Shown: positions 54,153 through 64,000 of the stretch, in pieces
How the letters are laid out: the number at the start of each line of letters is the position of its first letter
Numbering within the stretch: position 1 is the stretch's first letter
DNA from: Eledone cirrhosa
Taxonomy: Eukaryota
NCBI GenBank assembly: GCA_964016885.1
Contig: OZ024766.1
Span: forward strand, 18,414,001 to 18,478,000
Reading direction: 5' to 3'
DNA: 64,000 bases
Position numbers and translations under genes: made by a program
Notes under the pieces: generated by a model
What the model was told of the DNA's origin: nothing
Databases searched by the model: none
What the model saw: the letters and a program-made list of their open reading frames with translations, nothing else

Positions 54153-55935
54153 AGGTGTATGGATGCTGATTGTTGGGTGAAGAAATGCCAGGAGTTCCCA
54201 GTGGAAGGAAGCTGCAGTAGAGGAAGACCTGGGTATAAGAAGAATGAGATGTAGTGTGTAGGAGAGAAGACTGCACTGGTATAGACATGTGGTGTGTATG
54301 GATGGTGATTGTTGGGTGAAGAAGTGTCAGGATTTCCCAGCGGAAGGAAGCTGCAGTAGAGGAAGACCTGGGCAGAGAGGAGACTGCACTGGTATGGACA
54401 TGTGATGTGTATGGACATGTGGCTGTTGGAGTTCCCAGTGAGAGGAAGACCTGGGCAGAGAGGAGACTGCACTGGTATAGACATGTGGCTGTTGGGTGAA
54501 GAAGTGTCAGGAGTTCCCAGTGGAAGGAAGCTGCACTAGGGGAAGACCTGGGCAGAGAGGAGACTGCACTGGTATAGACATGTGATGTGTATGGATGGTG
54601 ATTGTTGGGTGAAGAAGTGTCAAGAGTTCCCAGTGGAAGGAAGCTGCAGTAGAGGAAGACCTGGGTATAAGAGGAGACTGCACTGGTATGGACATGTGGT
54701 GTGTATGGATGGTGATTGTTGGGTGAAGAAGTGTCAAGAGTTCCCAGTGGAAGGAAGCTGCAGTAGAGGAAGACCTGGGCAGAGAGGAGACTGCACTGGT
54801 ATGGACATGTGGTGTGTATGGATGGTGATTGTTGGGTGAAGAAGTGTCAGGAGTTCCCAGTGGAAGGAAGCTGCAGTAGAGGAAGACCTGGGTATAAGAG
54901 GAGACTGCACTGGTATGGACATGTGATGTGTATGGCTGGTGATTGTTGGGTGAAGAAGTGTCAGGAGTTCCCTGTGGAAGGAAGCTGCAGTAGAGGAAGA
55001 CCTAAGCAGAGAGGAGACTGTACTGGTGTGGACATGTGGTGTGTATGGACATGTAGCTGTTGGGTGAAGAAGTGTCAGGAGTTCCCAGTGGAAGGAAGCT
55101 GCAGTAGAGGAAGACCTGGGCAGAGAGGAGACTGCACTGGTATAGACATGTGGTGTGTATGGATGGTGATTGTTGGGTGAAGAAGTGTCAGGAGTTCCCA
55201 GTGGAGGGAAGCTGCAGTAGAGGAAGACCTGGGCAGAGAGGAGACTGCACTGGTATAGACATGTGATGTGTATGGATGGTGATTGTTGGGTGAAGAAGTG
55301 TCAGGAGTTCCCAGTGGAAGGAAGCTGCAGTAGAGGAAGACCTGGGCAGAGAGGAGACTGCACTGGTGTGGACATGTGGTGTGTATGGACATGTGGCTGT
55401 TGGAGTTCCCAGTGAGAGGAAGACCTGGGCAGAGAGGAGACTGCACTGGTGTGGACATGTGATGTGTATGGATGGTGATTGTTGGGTGAAGAAGTGTCAG
55501 GAGTTCCCAGTGGAAGGAAGCTGCACTAGAGGAAGACCTGGGCAGAGAGGAGACTGCACTGGTATAGACATGTGGTGTGTATGGATGGTGATTGTTGGGT
55601 GAAGAAGTGTCAAGAGTTCCCAGTGGAAGGAAGCTGCAGTAGAGGAAGACCTGGGCAGAGAGGAGACTGCACTGGTATGGACATGTGGTGTGTATGGATG
55701 GTGATTGTTGGGTGAAGAAGTGTCAGTAGTCCCAGTGGAAGGAAGCTGCAGTAGAGGAAGACCAAGAAAGAGCTGGGCAGGGGTGGTGAAAGCTGGCCTC
55801 AAATTGCTAAGACTCGCAGCGGAGAAGACAAGGGACCCAGGCTAGGAGTCGAGAAAGGGTGTTTTGAGAAGGACCTCTCTAAACCATTGCAAATGTGGAA
55901 AAAAAAGGGACATAAAGACGGTGATGATGATGATG
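54153..55935 (+). mobile_element. RTE 3' end with a ~114-120-bp ORF2 segment tandemly amplified
   Basis: Units encode RRLHWYGHVMCMDGDCWVKKCQEFPVEGSCSRGRP. The array ends in RGRPRKSW and a (GAT)n tail. Confidence 0.85.
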
Positions 55936-56159
55936 GGTCAAGTTGACCCGAGAGGAAGAATCAACACGGGGGGTTGACAGTAGATAGCTGCTATTTTATC
56001 GATCTCTGGCGTGGCCAAGTGCAATTCTATCGACCCTTGACGGGATGAAAGGATAAGTTCACCTCGGCTGTATTTGAACTTAGGGAGCAGTGATCTGGAA
56101 TGGAGACTGTAAATGTCTTTTATGTCAGCTTCTAATGACTTTGTCGCTCTACCGCCTCA

Positions 56160-56242
56160 TTCTCTCTCTCTCTGTGTTTCTCTCTCTCTCTCTCTTTCTC
56201 TCTCTCTGTGTTTCTCTCTCTGTTTCTCTCTCTCTCTCTCTC

Positions 56243-56283
<41 letters not shown>

Positions 56284-56286
56284 GTT

Positions 56287-56319
<33 letters not shown>

Positions 56320-56328
56320 TTCTCTCTT

Positions 56329-56398
<70 letters not shown>

Positions 56399-56426
56399 TC
56401 TGTGTCTCTCTCTCTCTCTCTCTGTT

Positions 56427-56482
<56 letters not shown>

Positions 56483-57520
56483 AGGAAGTTAGTGACAGTA
56501 GTAGTAGTAGTGGTGGTGGTGGTATAGTGGTACTACTACTACTACCACTACTACTACATGTGTTGGTGTTGCTTCTCTTTGTGTTCAGCAGTTTAAGTCA
56601 TTCACCACCACCACCACCACACCCCAACAACACCACCACAACTACCACCCCAACATCACCACCACCACCACCACCACACCCCAACAACACCACCACAACT
56701 ACCACCCCAACATCACCACCACCACCACCACCACACCCCAACAACACCACCACAACTACCACCCCAACATCACCACTACCACCACCACCACACCCCAACA
56801 ACACCACCACAACTACCACCCCAACATCACCACCACCACCACCACCACACCCCAACAACACCACCACAACTACCACCCCAACATCACCACTACCACCACC
56901 ACCACACCCCAACAACACCACCACAACTACCACCCCAACATCACCACCACCACCACCACCACACCCCAACAACACCACCACAACTACCACCCCAACATCA
57001 CCACCACCACCACCACCACACCCCAACAACACCACCACAACTACCACCCCAACATCACCACTACCACCACCACACCACCAACACCACCACCACCACACCT
57101 CCACCACACCCCAACATCACCACACCACCACCACATCAACACCACCACTACTACCACCCCAACATCACCACTACCACCACCACCACCACACCACCACCAT
57201 TACCATCACCATTACCACCACTACCGCCACCACCACCACCACACCACCACCATTACCACCACTACCGCCACCATTACCACCACTACCACCACCACCACCA
57301 CCCCATCACCACCACCACCACTACCACACCAGGTGGTGGTGGTGTGGTGATGTTGGGGGTGCGGTGGTGAGGTGGTAGTGGTGTTGGGATGTGGTAGTGG
57401 TGGTGGTGGGGGGTGGGGGGTAGCGATGGGGGGGGGGGGGGTTAGTGGTGGTGGTGATGTTGGGGTGTGGTGGTGGTGGTGGTGGTGGCGGTAGCGGTGG
57501 TGTAAGTGGTGGTGGTGTGT
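56160..57520. repeat. (CT)n tract, 57-bp CCA-rich minisatellite (~8 units), then (CCA)n/(TGG)n tracts
   Basis: Directly visible repeats. The polarity switches from CCA to TGG near 57330. Confidence 0.85.
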
Positions 57521-57674
57521 TCAGTGTCATCACACTACATCAGACATAACATGTACCCCCCCCCCTCCACCACCACCACCACCACTTCCTATGTCTTTGT
57601 GTGTATGTATAATAATAATAATAATAATAATTGTTTCTATTTTTGGCACAAGGCCAGTAATTACCCCGGTGTAT

Positions 57675-60600
57675 ATAGTAAAATTGTGTACAGTGCTCAG
57701 GTGCACTACAACTCATCAAAGGTGCATGTATAGTACATAGAATAATGTACAAATGTCAGGGAAGTGAACAGTGTATGAGTCATGAAATACATGTGTGTGT
57801 GTGTATGGAGGGGGAATATAAGGTGGAGTGTTGGCGAATCTCGCGAAGCATGGAGGCCTTAAAGGATGCAGTGTCTCGACAGCTAACAACTGATGCAGGG
57901 AGTTTGTTCCATGGAGGTTTTAAAGGATGCAGTGTCTCGACAGCTAACAACTGATGCAGGCAGTTTGTTCCATGGAGGCCTTAACGGATGCAGTGTCTCG
58001 ACAGCTAACAACTGATGCAGGGAGTTTGTTCCATGGAGGTTTTAAAGGAGGTTTTAAAGGATGTAGTGTCTCGACAGCTAACAACTGATGCAGGGAGTTT
58101 GTTCCAAGGAGGTTTTAAAGGATGCAGTGTCTCGACAGCTAACAACTGATGCAGGGAGTTTGTTCCATGGAGGTTTTAAAGGATGCAGTGTCTCGGCAGC
58201 TAACAATTGACGCAGGCAGTTTGTTCCATGGAGGTTTTAAAGCATGCAGTGTCTCGACAGCTAACAACTGACGCAGGTAGTTTGTTCCATGGAGGTTTTA
58301 AAGGATGCAGTGTCTCGACAGCTAACAACTGATGCAGGGAGTTTGTTCCATGGAGGTTTTAAAGGATGCAGTGTCTCGACAGCTAACAACTGATGCAGGT
58401 AGTTTGTTCCATGGAGGTTTTAAAGGATGCAGTGTCTCGACAGCTAACAACTGATGCAGGCAGTTTGTTCCATGGAGGTTTTAAAGGATGCAGTGTCTCG
58501 ACAGCTAACAACTGATGCAGGGAGTTTGTTCCATAGAGGTTTTAAAGGATGCAGTGTCTCGACAGCTAACAATTGATGCAGGAAGTTTGTTCCATGGAGG
58601 TTTTAAAGGATGCAGTGTCTCGACAGCTAACAACTGATGCAGGGAGTTTGTTTCATGGAGGTTTTAAAGGATGCAGTGTCTCGACAGCTAACAACTGATG
58701 CAGGTAGTTTGTTCCATGGAGGTTTTAAAGGATGCAGTGTCTCGACAGCTAACAACTCATGCAGGGAGTTTGTTTCATGGAGGTTTTAAAGGATGCAGTG
58801 TCTCGACAGCTAACAACTGACGCAGGTAGTTTGTTCCATGGAGGTTTTAAAGGATGCAGTGTCTCGACAGCTAACAACTGACGCAGGTAGTTTGTTCCAT
58901 GGAGGTTTTAAAGGATGCAGTGTCTCGACAGCTAACAACTGATGCAGGGAGTTTGTTCCATGTAGGTTTTAAAGGATGCAGTGTCTCGACAGCTAATAAC
59001 TAATGCAGGTAGTTTGTTCCATGGAGGTTTTAAAGAAGGTTTTAAAGGATGCAGTGTCTCGACAGCTAACAACTGATGCAGGTAGTTTGTTCCATGGAGG
59101 TTTTAAAGGATGCAGTGTCTCGACAGCTAACAACTGATGCAGGCAGTTTGTTCCATGGAGGTTTTAAAGGATGCAGAGTCTCGACAGCTAACAACTGATG
59201 CAGGCAGTTTGTTCCATGGAGGTTTTAAAGGATGCAGTGTCTCGACAGCTAACAACTGATGCAGGTAGTTTGTTCCATGGAGGTTTTAAAGGATGCAGTG
59301 TCTCGACAGCTAACAACTGATGCAGGCAGTTTGTTCCATGGAGGCCTTAACGGATGCAGTGTCTCGACAGCTAACAACTGATGCAGGGAGTTTGTTCCAT
59401 GGAGGTTTTAAAGGAGGTTTTAAAGGATGTAGTGTCTCGACAGCTAACAACTGATGCAGGGAGTTTGTTCCAAGGAGGTTTTAAAGGATGCAGTGTCTCG
59501 ACAGCTAACAACTGATGCAGGGAGTTTGTTCCATGGAGGTTTTAAAGGATGCAGTGTCTCGGCAGCTAACAATTGACGCAGGCAGTTTGTTCCATGGAGG
59601 TTTTAAAGCATGCAGTGTCTCGACAGCTAACAACTGACGCAGGTAGTTTGTTCCATGGAGGTTTTAAAGGATGCAGTGTCTCGACAGCTAACAACTGATG
59701 CAGGGAGTTTGTTCCATGGAGGTTTTAAAGGATGCAGTGTCTCGACAGCTAACAACTGATGCAGGTAGTTTGTTCCATGGAGGTTTTAAAGGATGCAGTG
59801 TCTCGACAGCTAACAACTGATGCAGGCAGTTTGTTCCATGGAGGTTTTAAAGGATGCAGTGTCTCGACAGCTAACAACTGATGCAGGGAGTTTGTTCCAT
59901 AGAGGTTTTAAAGGATGCAGTGTCTCGACAGCTAACAATTGATGCAGGAAGTTTGTTCCATGGAGGTTTTAAAGGATGCAGTGTCTCGACAGCTAACAAC
60001 TGATGCAGGGAGTTTGTTTCATGGAGGTTTTAAAGGATGCAGTGTCTCGACAGCTAACAACTGATGCAGGTAGTTTGTTCCATGGAGGTTTTAAAGGATG
60101 CAGTGTCTCGACAGCTAACAACTCATGCAGGGAGTTTGTTTCATGGAGGTTTTAAAGGATGCAGTGTCTCGACAGCTAACAACTGACGCAGGTAGTTTGT
60201 TCCATGGAGGTTTTAAAGGATGCAGTGTCTCGACAGCTAACAACTGACGCAGGTAGTTTGTTCCATGGAGGTTTTAAAGGATGCAGTGTCTCGACAGCTA
60301 ACAACTGATGCAGGGAGTTTGTTCCATGTAGGTTTTAAAGGATGCAGTGTCTCGACAGCTAATAACTAATGCAGGTAGTTTGTTCCATGGAGGTTTTAAA
60401 GAAGGTTTTAAAGGATGCAGTGTCTCGACAGCTAACAACTGATGCAGGTAGTTTGTTCCATGGAGGTTTTAAAGGATGCAGTGTCTCGACAGCTAACAAC
60501 TGATGCAGGCAGTTTGTTCCATGGAGGTTTTAAAGGATGCAGAGTCTCGACAGCTAACAACTGATGCAGGCAGTTTGTTCCATGGAGGTTTTAAAGGATG

Positions 60601-60806
60601 CAGTGTCTCGACAGCTAACAACTGATGCAGGTAGTTTGTTCCATGGAGGTTTTAAAGGATGCAGTGTCTCGACAGCTAACAACTGATGCAGGCAGTTTGT
60701 TCCATGGAGGTTTTAAAGGATGCAGTGTCTCGACAGCTAACAACTGACGCAGGCAGTTTGTTCCATGGAGGTTTTAAAGGATGCAGTGTCTCGATAGCTA
60801 ACAACT
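57675..60806 (-). repeat. CR1/L2-like LINE 3' end with a 61-bp unit amplified ~48 times
   Basis: The minus-strand unit encodes PWNKLPASVVSCRDTASFK, the WN.LP..VV...SFK terminal motif of CR1/L2-group ORF2. Unique UTR-like sequence follows at 57675-57850. Confidence 0.8.
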
Positions 60807-60880
60807 GCTTCATCTTTGCACCAGTCGCCGTCGAGACCTCAGGCGTACTTGGACCCCGTACAGAGATCTTTAAGATCTTC
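60807..60880 (+). mobile_element. Possible fragment of a restriction-like-endonuclease retrotransposon
   Basis: FIFAPVAVETSGVLGP resembles the F.P...ET.G..G motif of RLE domains. The match is short. Confidence 0.35.
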
Positions 60881-61549
60881 ACTGTCCCATCTTCAGAATT
60901 AGGACGATTGTAGCAGTGGCTGGTCCATTTATTTTATTGCGATCCAGTGAAAAACCTCCCTCCCTTGCCATAGAGAACTAAAAAAAAATCATGTTTGTAC
61001 TTGTAAAATCTTTGACATACCTTCTATACCACCATTAACACCACCACCACCACCACCACCACCACCACCACCACCACCACCACCGACACCGATAGCTACA
61101 CCACCACCACCACCACCAACAACTACACCAACAACACCACCACCACCAACAACTACACCACCACCACTATTACCAACAACACTACCACACCACCACCAAC
61201 AACAGCTCCCCCCCCCACCAACACTGCCACTACCACTACCACCACCACTACACCACCACCACCAACAACTCCACCACCACCACCACGGCTCCCCCCCCCC
61301 AACACTGCCACTACCACCACCACTACACCACCATTAAATACATCAACCCCCCCCCCATCCTCACCACCACCCCACACCCCCCCACACACTGCCACTGCCA
61401 CCACCACTACACCACCACCACCAACAACAACAACTCCACCACCATTAAAGACCCCCCCCACCACCACACCCCCACCACACTACATCTGTTCTTACAAGCC
61501 TACTGCTGTTCTGTAATAATTATAGGTTTGACTCCCTCCCTATCAGATG

Positions 61550-62011
61550 TCACACACACACCACACACGCTGATACACACACACACTGCACACACTGATA
61601 CACACACACACACACACACACACACACCACACACGCTGATACACACACACACACACCGCACACGCTGATACACACACACACACTGCACACGCTGATACAC
61701 ACACACACCGCACACACTGATACACACACACACACACACTGCACACGCTGCTACACACACACACAGCACACGCTGATACACACACACACACACACACACA
61801 CTGCACACGCTGCTACACACACACACACACACTGCACACGCTGATACACACACACACACACACCGCACACGCTGATACACACACACACACTGCACACGCT
61901 GATACACACACACACACACACCGCACACGCTGATACACACACACACACACACACTGCACACGCTGATACACACACCACACACGCTGATACACACACACAC
62001 CGCACACGCTG

Positions 62012-62105
<94 letters not shown>

Positions 62106-62170
62106 CACACACGCTGATACACACACACACTCACCACCACTCACCACACACACACCCTCACCACACACAT
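61550..62170. repeat. GCTGATA-(CA)n compound repeat
   Basis: Directly visible repeat. Confidence 0.9.
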
Positions 62171-62180
62171 ATATTATATA

Positions 62181-62228
<48 letters not shown>

Positions 62229-62229
62229 T

Positions 62230-62636
62230 AATATAAGATCAAAAGATGGTTAAAGGAGTTCCATGTATTTTATTATGCGCATTTCAAAAACAAACATCAT
62301 CATGCAATAATATTTGTGTTTTCATCAGATAAAACAGGAGGACATGATATGAAGGCTAAAAAACACTTGTGGATAGTGCAGTTTTAAATCAACATATTTG
62401 CACTATCCACAAGTGTTTATTAGCCTTCATATCATGTCCTCCTGTTTTATCTGATGAAAACACAAATATTATTGCATGATGATGTTTGTTTTTGAAATGC
62501 GCATAATAAAATACATGGAACTCCTTTAACCATCTTTTGTTCTTATATATTATGTATACTCCAGTCCTACAAACTGTAGAGTGCTTCTTATCCGATATCT
62601 GCATTGCTTTATTGTACTACAATAAAACTCACCTCC

Positions 62637-62640
<4 letters not shown>
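62230..62640. mobile_element. Third copy of the hammerhead fold-back element
   Basis: Same arms as 4817-5285, with motifs at 62268-62334 (-) and 62445-62511 (+). Confidence 0.75.
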
Positions 62641-62696
<56 letters not shown>

Positions 62697-62799
62697 TATA
62701 TACGTATAAATTACACAAGTTCTCCTATCTCGATGTCATCTCCAGAGATTCTGGTATTGAGATCCAGGACTTTTGGCACCAGCAATGAACGACAGACCC

Positions 62800-64000
62800 A
62801 CTATGAGGCTGTGTCCCCATTAGTACTCAAGCTGTCACTAATAACAGGGGGCACAAGCTCTCCTATCCTGATTTGCTGGCCACTGCCATCGTGCCACCTC
62901 TGAGGCTGTGTCCCTATTAGTGCTTTAGAAGCCACAAGCAGTCACTAATAACAGGGGACACAAGCTCTCCTATCCCGGTTTGCTGGCCACTGCCATCGTG
63001 CCACCTCTGAGGCTGTGTCCCCATTAGTGCTTTAGAAGCCACAAGCAGTCACTAATAACAGGGGACACAAGCTCTCCTATCCCGATTTGCTGGCCACTGC
63101 CATCGTGCCACCTCTGAGGCTGTGTCCCTATTAGTGCTTTAGAAGCCACAAGCAGTCACTAATAACAGGGGACACAAGCTCTCCTATGCTGATTTGCTGG
63201 TCACTGCCATCGTGCCACCTATGAGGCTGTGTCCCTATTAGTGCTTTAGCAGCCACAAGCAGTCACTAATAACAGGGGGCACAAGCTCTCCTATCCCGAT
63301 CTGCTGGCCACCTATGAGGCTGTGTCCCTATTAGTACACGATAGACCACAAGCAGTCACTAATAACAGGGGACACAAGCTCTCCTATCCTGATTTGCTGG
63401 CCACCTATGAGGCTGTGTCCCTATTAGTGCTTTAGAAGCCACAAGCAGCCACTAATAACAGGGGACACAAGGTCTCCTATCCCGATTTGCTGGCCACTGC
63501 CATCGTGCCACCTCTGAGGCTGTGTCCCTATTAGTACTCGGTAGACCACAAGCAGTCACTAATAACAGGGGACACAAGCTCTCCTATCCCGATCTGCTGG
63601 CCACCTATGAGGCTGTGTCCCTATTAATACTCGGTAGACCACAAGCAGTCACTAATAACAGGGGCACAAGCTCTCCTATCCCGATTTGCTGGCCACTGCC
63701 ATCGTGCCACCTCTGAGGCTGTGTCCCTATTAGTGCTTTAGAAGCCACAAGCAGTCACTAATAACAGGGGACACAAGCTCTCCTATCCTGATTTGCTGGC
63801 CACTGCCATTGTGCCACCTCTGAGGCTGTGCTCCCATTAGTGCTTTAGCAGCCACAAGCAGTCACTAATAACAGGGGGCACATGCTCTCCTATCCCGATT
63901 TGCTGGCCACTGCCATCGTGCCACCTCTGAGGCTGTGTCCCTATTAGTGCTTTAGAAGCCACAAGCAGTCACTAATAACAGGGGACACAAGCTCTCCTAT
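62800..64000. repeat. 107-bp minisatellite (93-bp variants) with an internal hairpin; runs off the window
   Basis: Period measured at 62901, 63008 and 63115. The unit contains tgtgtccc.attagtg ... cactaat..gggacaca. Confidence 0.9.

Noticed and set aside
56113-57378. Mucin- or extensin-like Pro/Thr ORF
   Set aside because: It is composed of (CT)n and CCA repeats only.

Overview
This is a repeat-saturated animal genomic window, probably from an octopod cephalopod (inferred from the SINE and RTE families). Almost all ORFs in the supplied track are repeat artefacts. One real gene can be assembled by hand on the minus strand: UBE2M/UBC12, the NEDD8-conjugating E2, with five GT-AG coding exons (35346-35241, 28379-28285, 24092-23950, 21673-21610, 15842-15702; 549 nt, 182 aa). 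Three of its four introns contain copies of its own splice junctions. These are a ~2.9 kb minisatellite resembling the exon 2 donor, a 1.3 kb array that fuses TTAGGG telomere repeats with a 19-nt piece of exon 3 and ends in a second copy of the catalytic-Cys exon end, and a duplicated last-exon acceptor. The window also holds a near-intact RTE LINE, tRNA SINEs that share parts with RTE LINEs, a Helitron, piggyBac-like and hAT MITEs, and many minisatellites grown out of LINE or SINE fragments. At least six sequence families carry hammerhead ribozyme motifs of the Penelope type. One family forms fold-backs with a ribozyme on each strand, and one motif lies in sense orientation inside UBE2M intron 1. 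All coordinates were counted by eye. No database search was run, so novelty is unverified.
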